IMG/VR virus record: IMGVR_UViG_3300020159_001695
Location: 1-54,884 of that record
DNA from: a virus
Lineage: Duplodnaviria; Caudoviricetes
Reading direction: 5' to 3' (one strand)
Length of the DNA stretch: 54,884 nucleotides
This document shows, piece by piece, positions 38,063 to 47,877 of the stretch. The translations under genes were made by a program, and so were the position numbers. The notes beneath the pieces are model-generated. The model ran no database searches and had not been told where the DNA came from. It was given only the letters and a program-made list of their open reading frames with translations. How positions within the stretch are numbered: position 1 is the first letter of the stretch; each line of letters opens with the position of its first letter.

Positions 38063-38085
38063 CTTACATTATTTTAGTTTAATTA

Positions 38086-41019
38086 TTATACATTCTCAAA
38101 TGAAGCCCCTTGAGGTGTGATAACAAACTGAATGTTAATATACTCCAAAGCCGATGTTGGTTTTAGAAAAATTGTTCCATTCAATTCATTATTATCAATA
38201 TCTTCAGGTGCGTTACTCAATTTAACTCTGAAATCTGTTAAACCTCTTTCTCTTCTGATACCATCTAAGATTGGATTTACCAAATTCAAGAAGTCGTTTC
38301 TTACTTGTTGATCGTTTGGTTGGAATAATAATCTTAAACCAACTGCTGCGATAAGCTTTCTTGTTTGTAGTAATAATCTTCTGATATTTAATCTATCAAG
38401 AACAGAATCTCTGATTTGTAAGTTTCTATTACCCCAAATAACCGGACCAACACCTCTAAATGTAGCGATTGGATTGATTCTACCTGGATATAATGTATCT
38501 CTATCTGTTTGAGATAATTTTCTTCTTGGTTTTGATATAACTAAACCTCTTTCAGTTCCTGCAATTGCATACCATTCGTAAGAGATGTTATCAGTTAAAG
38601 CTAAGTTTCTTACAACTTCAGCTGTTGGTGGCATCCATACCTTAGAATTATTTTCTGTGTCATTATAAAGAACGAATGGATAATAAGTTGCTGTATAGTT
38701 AGAATCGATACCTACTTCATCTAATATTGAAACAACCGTATTTGAATCATACCAATTGTTAGTATCTGAAGAATCAGGGGCAAACATATTAATATCAGGT
38801 AAAGTTGGAATATAGATACTATCAGCTCTGTCATTTTCAACCATATCAATTGTATATTCAACCAATGATGAGTTGTTTTCAATATCAATACCTGGAGTTA
38901 CCAATACATTGATATCCGCATCTTCAGGATTTGAATACTTTTCAATAGCCGTTCTATAAGCGTAGTAGTCAGAATTACCAAGAGCACTAAATCCTTCGTT
39001 AGTATAAGTGGTTTGTCCAATTCTATAACTATCACCGTTAGTTCTATAAGCTCTATAAATATCCCATCCATCATAACCACCATAAGGCGCTACCGTGAAT
39101 TTTCTACTTAATAAACTTGAATAAGGTGTTCCTGTTGTTCCCGCTTCTGTTTGGAATGGAGCTACACCAACATCAAATGTTGCCGCTACGCCATTTACAC
39201 TTACACTTGTTGCTCCCGAATCCATATGGAAACCATTAGTTGTTGTAGTTGAAGCCACATTACCTTTATATTGGAAGAAATCACTATCATAACTCCAGAA
39301 ATTACTATCAGAAATACCTAAGAAAGATTTTCTAATGTTATCTCCACTTGAAATTACTGGTGAAATACCTGCTGGTGGATTTGTAATTGTTTCACCCGCT
39401 GTAAAGTATTTAGTTTTATATTGAATTTTAGGGTTAGCTGTTCCTGAACCATAAGTTCTAATAGTATAACCCATAAAACCTGCTGGAACCGCTGTAGATG
39501 GAGCATCGGTAGCGATTTCAATCATAATGTATTTAGATTTTAAATCATATTTACCATCAATAGTTCCAACTTTTTTACCGATATAAGTCAATTGACTTTC
39601 ATCCATTGAACATCTAACGTATTTTTCTAAAATAACAGGATTGGCATCCGTATCGTTAAAATCTCTTACGATTAAATCAAATTCTCTTCTCTCTAAATTG
39701 ATATTTTGAATTGATATTTTAACTAAAGTATTTGCCGCTTCACCATCAGAAATTGTTATAACCCTAAATAATTTGAATACGTCAGTTCCTCTTAATTCTG
39801 ATACGAAATAAGGTGTTGCTGGTGTAGCCCATTGTTCTTTATAGTCAGTCATATTTACACCTGATGAAGATGAGTTAGTAGTTAAAGTACTTTTTAAACC
39901 TCTAATATAACCTTTTAAATAACCATAGTTTAATAACTCAGTATATATCTCTTCAACAAATAAAGCACTTTGCTTTTCTTTTGGTTGCTTACCTAATACA
40001 AGTGGTATATATTCTTTCTTAGTGTTATCCATACTAACAGAGTAATTGAATGATGCTCCAGCCGTAGTTGTTCCGCTTAATTTGAAACCACCTTTAGAAT
40101 TTAATGTGATATCATCTATCGGTATTAAAATAGGATTTCCACTAACAACCGGTGTTAATGTATTGTTAGACCAATTAGCATCACTTCTTAATGTTGCCAC
40201 TACTAAATTATCCCAACCACTATAACCTGCAACTGATGCGTCATAAGTAATGAAATTAGTTGTACCCGTGTAAGTACCACCCGGATTTAAAGTTAAACCT
40301 GTAACATAAACACCATAGGTAATACCTGAAAATGTATTTACTCCTGTTGATACGAATAAATTATTAAGCCAAGTACTATCACTTGTATTACTATTTAAAA
40401 CATCTGTCATTGATGACGTTGTAATACCTGTAATTGTTGAAATTGTTGTAGCACTTAAATCACCATATCTATATGATATAGTTGATGCCGATAACGCCCC
40501 AATTCTTGAACCGTATGAACTAACAACTGAACTAAAGAATTGATTAGTTGTTGCTGACACCACCCTTTGATAAGGTGATAAGAATGATGGGTATGTAAAT
40601 GTTAATGTTCCACCAGTTGTTAATTGGAATGGTGTATAAACATTTGTTGGACCCGCTAATGATATTGTTGAAATATCAGGTTGTGCAATTGTGCTGATTG
40701 ACCAAGCCGAACCCGCATCATAACCACTTAAACCTAATATTCTTGTCATATACATTTGACTTGCTTGAGATAAGTATTCTCTCGCTATGTAATTACCTTC
40801 ATATTTTAAAATTTGTGTCCCTGAAAATTTTTCAGGATTTGCACCACCGAAATAAGTAGTGAATTCATCGTAGTTTTTTACTAAAATCGGTTCAAACGCT
40901 GGTCCTCTTTGAGCCTCACCTACTATACCTAATGAACTAACACCTAAGCTTTGTGCCGCAAAGGTTAAGTCAACTTCACTCGTATATACACCAGGTGATA
41001 CGTTTATTTGTTCTGCCAT
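38086..41019 (-). CDS. Tail sheath protein (T4 gp18-like)
   Basis: VSPGVYTSEVD, GEAQRGPAFEP, WYAIAGTERG, RDTLY..RINPI, WGNRNLQ...LDRLNIRRLL, KPT.ALEYI.I.F. Confidence 0.95.
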   Translation of the reverse strand: MAEQINVSPGVYTSEVDLTFAAQSLGVSSLGIVGEAQRGPAFEPILVKNYDEFTTYFGGANPEKFSGTQILKYEGNYIAREYLSQASQMYMTRILGLSGYDAGSAWSISTIAQPDISTISLAGPTNVYTPFQLTTGGTLTFTYPSFLSPYQRVVSATTNQFFSSVVSSYGSRIGALSASTISYRYGDLSATTISTITGITTSSMTDVLNSNTSDSTWLNNLFVSTGVNTFSGITYGVYVTGLTLNPGGTYTGTTNFITYDASVAGYSGWDNLVVATLRSDANWSNNTLTPVVSGNPILIPIDDITLNSKGGFKLSGTTTAGASFNYSVSMDNTKKEYIPLVLGKQPKEKQSALFVEEIYTELLNYGYLKGYIRGLKSTLTTNSSSSGVNMTDYKEQWATPATPYFVSELRGTDVFKLFRVITISDGEAANTLVKISIQNINLERREFDLIVRDFNDTDANPVILEKYVRCSMDESQLTYIGKKVGTIDGKYDLKSKYIMIEIATDAPSTAVPAGFMGYTIRTYGSGTANPKIQYKTKYFTAGETITNPPAGISPVISSGDNIRKSFLGISDSNFWSYDSDFFQYKGNVASTTTTNGFHMDSGATSVSVNGVAATFDVGVAPFQTEAGTTGTPYSSLLSRKFTVAPYGGYDGWDIYRAYRTNGDSYRIGQTTYTNEGFSALGNSDYYAYRTAIEKYSNPEDADINVLVTPGIDIENNSSLVEYTIDMVENDRADSIYIPTLPDINMFAPDSSDTNNWYDSNTVVSILDEVGIDSNYTATYYPFVLYNDTENNSKVWMPPTAEVVRNLALTDNISYEWYAIAGTERGLVISKPRRKLSQTDRDTLYPGRINPIATFRGVGPVIWGNRNLQIRDSVLDRLNIRRLLLQTRKLIAAVGLRLLFQPNDQQVRNDFLNLVNPILDGIRRERGLTDFRVKLSNAPEDIDNNELNGTIFLKPTSALEYINIQFVITPQGASFENV

Positions 41020-41086
41020 AATTTATTTTTTTATCTTTTTATAATTTATTTACTCTATAAATAGTTGTTATTTTTACAAATAACAA

Positions 41087-41407
41087 TTATACTACTATAA
41101 TTCTTCCAGAAAATCTTCCATCCGGTGAATCTATTACCGATATGATAATATCACCACTAGCATTTGTGATTATACTATCCGGCATAACAACATTATAAGA
41201 AGTAGAAACTAACTCTTCAATTAAAAAGAAAGGGGTTAATCCTTTATTATGTTCAGATACTAAATAAGTTATTGAGTAATACCCACCAACAGGAACACCC
41301 CAATCAGTAGTAGAATTAAACATCTTAACAGATTTTGTTGATGAATCACCACTAATTTGAAGTATCTTTGTCGATAATACACTTATATTTTGTCTAAATG
41401 AATTCAT
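41087..41407 (-). CDS. Hypothetical protein
   Basis: 106 aa ORF, TAATG-coupled to the upstream gene. Confidence 0.6.
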   Translation of the reverse strand: MNSFRQNISVLSTKILQISGDSSTKSVKMFNSTTDWGVPVGGYYSITYLVSEHNKGLTPFFLIEELVSTSYNVVMPDSIITNASGDIIISVIDSPDGRFSGRIIVV

Positions 41408-42768
41408 TATCCGTTTATTGTTATTGCACTATTATTAAATATTTGAATAATACTCAAATAACTAGATTGTGTTACATCAGTTCTAACGATTGATACTTTT
41501 ATTTGATCGTTTGCAACTACTGAAACAGGTAATGTTACTAAATTATTATTTTTATAAATACTATATGATGTTATATCTGATTTTACATTAGTCACTTCTT
41601 TTAACATTCCAGGGTATAAATTATTAAATGTTAATTCCGTTGTATTTGAATCATACATTAAATTATATATTGTTTTCTTTTCGAAGTAATATCCCGCTAA
41701 AGATGTATCCACATCAGTTATGAAATTTTCAGCACCTAAATTAGCGTTATATGTTCCTAATAATGTCACACTACTATTAACACTTGAATTAGTTTGTGAT
41801 ACCGTTATCTCAACAATATCTCCTTGAACTAAGTTAAAAGTTGGCGTTACTGACACCCCATTCTTTTTTATTTCATAAAAACTTGTATTATCTGCCACAA
41901 CACCATTTATTGTATATTCTCCATCCACAACAAATGATACGTTTAATGGTGAATCAACAAAAAACTCAATGAATATTTCTAAGTGTCCATCGTTAAACCT
42001 ATTTACACTTACATTTTGTGTTTTTTTAGTCCTTTTTTGACCTAAAAACTTATAATTTGTTAATATTCTACTAACCGCTGGTTTTATAGTAAATTCTTCT
42101 TCATCTAATAAAAATCCGTGTAAATTAAAATTATACTTTTGAACGTAAAATCTTTTTTTATTTATATCACTTATTTCGTGTTCATCGTCTATACCATCCA
42201 ATGTTATTGGAACATAATGTCCATTTACATCAGTATATGCTTGATTAGATGAAAACTCAGTCAATACAATTTTATTAAACTCATTTAACTCCCTTAATCT
42301 TGACGAAAATAATCTTACTTCATATTGAACATCAATGTGTATTGGTTGTGGTATTTCATAAATATCATAACCATTTCTATTTCCATTCCATACAGGAACT
42401 TTCAATATAGGTTTTTTATGTAAGTAAGGAATATTGTATTTCATATTGTCCGATAATACAACATCTGTATTTCTTACAATAGTTATGAATGGCATCTGAA
42501 CATTCTTATATTTATCCGAAAACTGCCAAGTTTTAGTAAATTCATTCCAATTCTGTATTGATAAAAATAATACTGGAACTACATTACCGTCTATATTTAA
42601 CAACAAAGTTTTATTTGCGAATTCAACAAAACCCCTATCCAAATCTTCATGCAATACCCCTTTCGGTAAGAAACTTTCGTTTTGTCTTATCCTTTCAACC
42701 AAAGAAACCCTTTCGGCGTTTAATTCCTTTTGTAATTTAATTTGTATATTTTTTTTAGGTAATCCCAT
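41407..42768 (-). CDS. Tail completion/sheath-terminator-like protein (gp15-like) with C-terminal extension
   Basis: VPVLF.....W...KNVQMPFITIVR...IPQP....V.Y.V..F...ELN.F...L..F; located upstream of the sheath gene. Confidence 0.55.
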   Translation of the reverse strand: MGLPKKNIQIKLQKELNAERVSLVERIRQNESFLPKGVLHEDLDRGFVEFANKTLLLNIDGNVVPVLFLSIQNWNEFTKTWQFSDKYKNVQMPFITIVRNTDVVLSDNMKYNIPYLHKKPILKVPVWNGNRNGYDIYEIPQPIHIDVQYEVRLFSSRLRELNEFNKIVLTEFSSNQAYTDVNGHYVPITLDGIDDEHEISDINKKRFYVQKYNFNLHGFLLDEEEFTIKPAVSRILTNYKFLGQKRTKKTQNVSVNRFNDGHLEIFIEFFVDSPLNVSFVVDGEYTINGVVADNTSFYEIKKNGVSVTPTFNLVQGDIVEITVSQTNSSVNSSVTLLGTYNANLGAENFITDVDTSLAGYYFEKKTIYNLMYDSNTTELTFNNLYPGMLKEVTNVKSDITSYSIYKNNNLVTLPVSVVANDQIKVSIVRTDVTQSSYLSIIQIFNNSAITING

Positions 42769-42782
42769 TATATATAAATAGT

Positions 42783-43826
42783 TTAATTTAATTTAACCCA
42801 AGTAGAACCATCGTAACCCCACCAACCTTTACTTGTTATTGTGGTACCTGATATTGTGGCATAAACCAATAAACCTTCAGCTGGTGACGATATAGCTTCA
42901 GCTTGAGCACCTGTCATTCTTGGAGGTAAAAATCCTTTATTTGTACTATCAATCTGAACCTGAGCTGATTGTGTTATTGTTGATGTATTAAAACCTGATT
43001 GTCCGCTTGATGTTGTTAAAAATATGGTGTTACCTGAAATATCTTGAACCGTTAATAAGTTACCCACATTTGAGTCATTTACCGTGAATAAATTACCAAC
43101 ACCACCACCAACATTAAATACTGTCCCACCTGATTGATATAACTCTAACCTACTAATACTAGGTGTTGTATTTATCGCAATATTACCACCACTAGCTATC
43201 GTCATTCTAGTTAATCCACTAGTTCTAATATTAAAGTTTTGTGAATCATTTGTCCCTAATGTAGCAACACCTCCAAACGAATTACCATTTTGTCTGAAGT
43301 AATTATTTGGTAACGTATTCCCTGTAAATATATTAAAATCTGAGATTAATAATCTGTTTCCGATTGAAGTATTAGTTACACCTGTAAAAGTTGCGTATAA
43401 TACAGTATCTAACTTATTATTTATTCTTGTATTTGTTGCCGCTGTATAGGCAAAGAATTCGGCATATGTTACACCTGAAAAACTTGACGTTGTACTTGCA
43501 GTATATGCTGCAAATATTGACGTATTTAACTTATTATTTATAATATTATTCGTTGTTGAACTATATGAATTAAAATCAGTTATATTTAATTTACCATTAA
43601 TTGATGTATTAGTGGTTGAACTATATATATTAAAATCAGAACTATTAAGTTTAGTTCCGATTAAAGTATTTGTATTACTACTATACGAATTAAAATCACT
43701 TAGATTTAATTTCGCATTAATATTTTGTGTATTTGCGGTAATACCACCATCCAAATACGTCAAATTACCATCCATTTCTTGAATGGTTAATTTACTACCT
43801 TTTACTTCTCTTAAAACTAATCCCAT
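42783..43826 (-). CDS. Short fibre-like virion protein
   Basis: MGLVLREVKGSKLTIQEMDGN start, 20-aa FNSYSS.TN..I..KL repeats, C-terminal DSTNKGFLPPRMT...PAEGLLVY...YDGSTW. Confidence 0.7.
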   Translation of the reverse strand: MGLVLREVKGSKLTIQEMDGNLTYLDGGITANTQNINAKLNLSDFNSYSSNTNTLIGTKLNSSDFNIYSSTTNTSINGKLNITDFNSYSSTTNNIINNKLNTSIFAAYTASTTSSFSGVTYAEFFAYTAATNTRINNKLDTVLYATFTGVTNTSIGNRLLISDFNIFTGNTLPNNYFRQNGNSFGGVATLGTNDSQNFNIRTSGLTRMTIASGGNIAINTTPSISRLELYQSGGTVFNVGGGVGNLFTVNDSNVGNLLTVQDISGNTIFLTTSSGQSGFNTSTITQSAQVQIDSTNKGFLPPRMTGAQAEAISSPAEGLLVYATISGTTITSKGWWGYDGSTWVKLN

Positions 43827-43831
43827 ATTCT

Positions 43832-44635
43832 TTATTCAAAATAATCGTCTATATAACCATTCACTACAAATTGATTTTCACTTGGATCAACAGCGGTTTT
43901 CATTTTAGTCGTACCTGGACTATAATTTATTATTGTTCTATCAATTGCTGGTTTTATTATGAAGTTATTTTCATCTAATAATAACCCCTCTTCAATTAAC
44001 TTATAAGTTTGTTTATAAAACCTCTTACTCATTATATCTACTTGGTTATCACTTGACACCCCATCTAATTTTATTGGAATATAATGTCCGTTTATTGATG
44101 TATATGCTTGATTAGATGAAAACTTAGTTAATACGATTTTATTAAACCTATTCAATTCTTTTATTCTAGTTGAAAATATTGTCACATCGTAAGATACATC
44201 AACTCTTATTGGTTGCGGTATCTCATATATGTCATAACCATTTCTAACTCCATTCCATACAGGAACTCTTAATAAATCTTTTTTAAATAAATAAGGTATA
44301 TTATATTTCATTTGTTCATTTAAATTTACTTTAGTGTTTCTTACAATAGTTATGAATGGCATCTGAACATTCTTATATTTATCAGAAAATTGCCAAGTTT
44401 TAGTAAATTCATTCCAATTTTGTAGTGAAATAAATAATACTGGAACTACATTACCGTCAATAGTAAGTTTCAAATCGTCATTTACAAAACTAACAAAACC
44501 TCTATCCAAATCTTCATGCAATACCCCTTTCGGTAAGAAACTTTCGTTCTCCCTAATACGCTCAACCAAATGAATTCTTTCACTATTTAGTTGTTTTTGA
44601 GCAACAATACTTACATTCTTTTTAGGTATTGCCAT
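43832..44635 (-). CDS. Second gp15-like paralogue
   Basis: Clearly paralogous to the first ~235 aa of ORF 41407-42768, with long identical peptides. Confidence 0.55.
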   Translation of the reverse strand: MAIPKKNVSIVAQKQLNSERIHLVERIRENESFLPKGVLHEDLDRGFVSFVNDDLKLTIDGNVVPVLFISLQNWNEFTKTWQFSDKYKNVQMPFITIVRNTKVNLNEQMKYNIPYLFKKDLLRVPVWNGVRNGYDIYEIPQPIRVDVSYDVTIFSTRIKELNRFNKIVLTKFSSNQAYTSINGHYIPIKLDGVSSDNQVDIMSKRFYKQTYKLIEEGLLLDENNFIIKPAIDRTIINYSPGTTKMKTAVDPSENQFVVNGYIDDYFE

Positions 44636-45305
44636 ATTCTTCTAATTCTTGAACTAATTCATCGTCAATATCAAATTCACTTTCATCCTCAAATAACCAA
44701 TCATATTGTTTCATATATGACATTACTATACCCATTTTTTGATTTATTGGTAAATCACGTTTTATTATGAATACGAAGTTTTTATGTAAAATGTAGTTGA
44801 AATCCGGATCTTGTATTAAATGATACCACACCGATTGAGCGGCAAATGATGCTGTATTATCTGAAGATAAATACCCTAATTTTAACGCTAAAGATTTATA
44901 TATTTTATATCCTAAACCAACACCTCTTAATATTTTAGGTAATGATTTATGGAAATGAACCCTATTGAAATCCGTATCATTTACACTAACATTAATATCA
45001 AACTTATTTGGGATTACTTTTTCACCTGCAATTTTATTTTGTTTAGCATAATTTTTAGCGTAAGTTAATAATATATTTATTTTCTTATTATCTATTTCTA
45101 CGTTATAAAATTGTTCGTTTTGATATAATTCACCTTCTTGAAAATAAATATCAGTATAATTTATACCTTTAACGGCACTCCTAAGATCAACCAATTTCTC
45201 ACCCCTAAGTATTGGTTCGGTTTTTTCTTTTTTACCTTTTTTAATAAATCTATTTAAGTATAAATTTTTGGAAGATAACCTCTCTTTTGATATTGCCTCA
45301 TTCAT
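44622..45305 (-). CDS. Hypothetical protein with a GNAT-like acetyl-CoA motif
   Basis: LRGVGLGYKIYK...S..A..VW resembles GNAT motif A. Confidence 0.5.
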   Translation of the reverse strand: MNEAISKERLSSKNLYLNRFIKKGKKEKTEPILRGEKLVDLRSAVKGINYTDIYFQEGELYQNEQFYNVEIDNKKINILLTYAKNYAKQNKIAGEKVIPNKFDINVSVNDTDFNRVHFHKSLPKILRGVGLGYKIYKSLALKLGYLSSDNTASFAAQSVWYHLIQDPDFNYILHKNFVFIIKRDLPINQKMGIVMSYMKQYDWLFEDESEFDIDDELVQELEEYGNT

Positions 45306-45344
45306 CCTATATAAATACTTTACTTTATAAATAAAAGCAAAATA

Positions 45345-46211
45345 TTAAAAATTAACGGCTTCTTTTACCTTTAATACGAAGTTTTGAATCACTGTTTGAC
45401 ATTCAGCCGATGTAACCAATACAGCACTTGCTTTACTCAATAAGGTTTGTATTGCCAATATATTATTTACTGAAGAACCTGTCATCGCTAAAAAACAACC
45501 TTGACCACCACCCGATACAGGATCAGCAAATGTCCTCAATCCACCATAACCTGAACGCCAATTAGGGTGCCCCATTAAAATAAATAAATTACAATGTGAA
45601 GGGTCATCTGCCCCATATGTTTCTCTAAAAAACGCATATACTGTAAATCCACTTATATTTGTTCCATTATATATTAAACCTGAGGCCAATGTCCCAAGAC
45701 CATCCGCACCTGAATTACCTCCTATTTGCCAACCAACAGGTCTTCCTTGATTATACCTTGTACCAATTGAAGTTAAAGGATGATATAAATCATTTTGAGT
45801 TCCACCTGAATACCTTATATAACCTAAACTCATATAATAAAAATCACTATCAGTATTTGTAATTGTTGTGTTGTTGTAATTGATAGCGAATGGGTATGCA
45901 GCTAATGACCAACTAGCAGTTGTAACGTATGTTGCATTATTTCTAAGCCATGGTGTAGTTATATTACCACCATCAAACATATCACTACCACCATCATTTA
46001 TTTGCACACCATCAGGAATACCCGGTGTTGAGTATGATGGAGCGTTACCATTATCTAACCAATAAGTATAAAAACTTGGATTTCTAAAGGCTGTCATATT
46101 ATCCCTTAAATAATTCGCAATCGTATTTAATGAATTGTAAGGTGATGGTTGTAATTGATTGACAATTACATTACCTCTTACTATTGATTGATTTTGTATA
46201 ACTACACCCAT
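45345..46211 (-). CDS. Hypothetical structural protein
   Basis: 288 aa Gly/Asn/Tyr-rich ORF (INDGGSDMFDGGN) with TATTTATA 4 nt upstream. Confidence 0.65.
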   Translation of the reverse strand: MGVVIQNQSIVRGNVIVNQLQPSPYNSLNTIANYLRDNMTAFRNPSFYTYWLDNGNAPSYSTPGIPDGVQINDGGSDMFDGGNITTPWLRNNATYVTTASWSLAAYPFAINYNNTTITNTDSDFYYMSLGYIRYSGGTQNDLYHPLTSIGTRYNQGRPVGWQIGGNSGADGLGTLASGLIYNGTNISGFTVYAFFRETYGADDPSHCNLFILMGHPNWRSGYGGLRTFADPVSGGGQGCFLAMTGSSVNNILAIQTLLSKASAVLVTSAECQTVIQNFVLKVKEAVNF

Positions 46212-46224
46212 TACTTATAAATAC

Positions 46225-46650
46225 TTACTTTATTTTTATGTACTTATACCAAACTCTTTCGTGTAGGAAATAAATAACGGGCTTTAATACTAATTCACCC
46301 ACACCTAACATTGAAGCCAATGCTATTGGAGCTCCTAAACAATACGCAGTTATTACAGTTGTTAAAGTCCCCAAAAACCTGTATGATATTGTTTTTAATA
46401 AATGTCTTTTAAATGCCGAATCTTTTGGTGGTGTTGTAATGTAAGCAATATTATCTTTAATAACACAATTACCTTTACAAGTAATATGCCACTTATAACC
46501 TAAACCATCCATATGATCTTTTGTTGTGAATACCTCACCATCAACAAAAATATCTGAAACCAATATTTCTTCACCATCATCAGGTATTAATCGCCATCTT
46601 ACCTCTTCTGTTGTTGAATTTGTATTAAATCTAATTTTATAAGTTTTCAT
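46225..46650 (-). CDS. DUF2061-domain membrane protein with N-terminal extension
   Basis: C-terminal RHLLKTISYR.LGTLTT...E.VLK..IYFLHERVW. Confidence 0.8.
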   Translation of the reverse strand: MKTYKIRFNTNSTTEEVRWRLIPDDGEEILVSDIFVDGEVFTTKDHMDGLGYKWHITCKGNCVIKDNIAYITTPPKDSAFKRHLLKTISYRFLGTLTTVITAYCLGAPIALASMLGVGELVLKPVIYFLHERVWYKYIKIK

Positions 46651-47054
46651 TATAATTTACCTTCTGTTCTTAATTGCTCTCTTATTTTTGTTGCCGAAAT
46701 ATTGGCGATATCTAATGGTGGTAAATGTTCAATAATATCATATCCAACACCTCTACCAAACTCTACTGAACAAATATCAGGAATTACCATAATTTTAACT
46801 TTACCCTCAACACATTCCGTATAATAATGTTCCATAATCATAGCTTCCACTTGTTTAGCTGTAAATGGATTTTTTTCATCTGGTTGAATATCTCTAATAC
46901 AAATTAAGATATTTTTACCTTCATTCATTGCTTGTTGAAACATCTCTTGATGTCCTTTATGTAATGGTTGCCATCTACCAATAAACATTGCGTATTGTCC
47001 TTCTTTACGTTCTAATGATGACTGAACGTGTAATTTTTTATACCAATCCGACAT
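46650..47054 (-). CDS. HxGH nucleotidyltransferase (cytidylyltransferase-like)
   Basis: FIGRWQPLHKGH, NPF, GRGVGY, ISATKIR. Confidence 0.88.
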   Translation of the reverse strand: MSDWYKKLHVQSSLERKEGQYAMFIGRWQPLHKGHQEMFQQAMNEGKNILICIRDIQPDEKNPFTAKQVEAMIMEHYYTECVEGKVKIMVIPDICSVEFGRGVGYDIIEHLPPLDIANISATKIREQLRTEGKL

Positions 47055-47493
47055 ATTCTATAATCTCCTTTATACATTCTTCTGGTGTTATATTTGTTGT
47101 ATTCATATCCAAATAATTTGATACAGGTTTTTGAAAATCCTCAACGTGGAATTGTTCCCTACCCCTTATTTCTGTTGTATGAACATAAACCTCAAAAACA
47201 TCTTTTGTGTTATTTTTAAATTCTTCTCTTATATCTAAATAAGGTGTCATAAGCGACACTACAACGTGAAATCCTTTATTTTGTAGATATTTAGCAATTA
47301 CTTGAGCATTACGAATATTTTGTTCTCTACCTGTTCTTGAATAATCTTTATTTATTGTAAGATTTCTTAAATCATCGCCATCAATGTGAAATACATCATT
47401 ATGGGCTGTTTGATCGATATGCTGTTCTAATAATTTAGCGAGAACTGTTTTACCATGACCCGCTTGTCCGATTAACCATATAATTTTAGTCAT
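47038..47493 (-). CDS. cysC: Adenylyl-sulfate (APS) kinase
   Basis: WLIGQAGHGKT P-loop, IDGDDLR, DYSR.GR..NI, VVSLMTPY...R, EVYV. Confidence 0.87.
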   Translation of the reverse strand: MTKIIWLIGQAGHGKTVLAKLLEQHIDQTAHNDVFHIDGDDLRNLTINKDYSRTGREQNIRNAQVIAKYLQNKGFHVVVSLMTPYLDIREEFKNNTKDVFEVYVHTTEIRGREQFHVEDFQKPVSNYLDMNTTNITPEECIKEIIEYVGLV

Positions 47494-47535
47494 ATGATAA
47501 TAATAAGTATTCTTACTTATTTAATAAAGACATTA

Positions 47536-47865
47536 TTATACAATTTCAACAAAAGAATTATTTGTATCACCTGTTGTTGGAACATAATTATATGTCCTTG
47601 TAAGTGTTAAGTTAGGTGATGATAACTTATTAATGACATACACTTCTAATGCATCTAATAATTTATCGTGTGGATCAATTATTAAGTCATTATATACCAA
47701 ATCTTGTCTTATATTTTGATATGGTATTGTTCCTTTATTCCCATCAATATTAACGTCCATACTTATTACACCCGCATATTCTAAATGCGGAACCAATGAT
47801 AATGTTGGTGAATCGTATATATACCCAGAAGCTGGGTTTTGAAAAAATCCTGTTACTTTAATCAT
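47536..47865 (-). CDS. Hypothetical protein
   Basis: 109 aa ORF with TATTTATA 3 nt upstream. Confidence 0.65.
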   Translation of the reverse strand: MIKVTGFFQNPASGYIYDSPTLSLVPHLEYAGVISMDVNIDGNKGTIPYQNIRQDLVYNDLIIDPHDKLLDALEVYVINKLSSPNLTLTRTYNYVPTTGDTNNSFVEIV

Positions 47866-47877
47866 ACTTATAAATAG

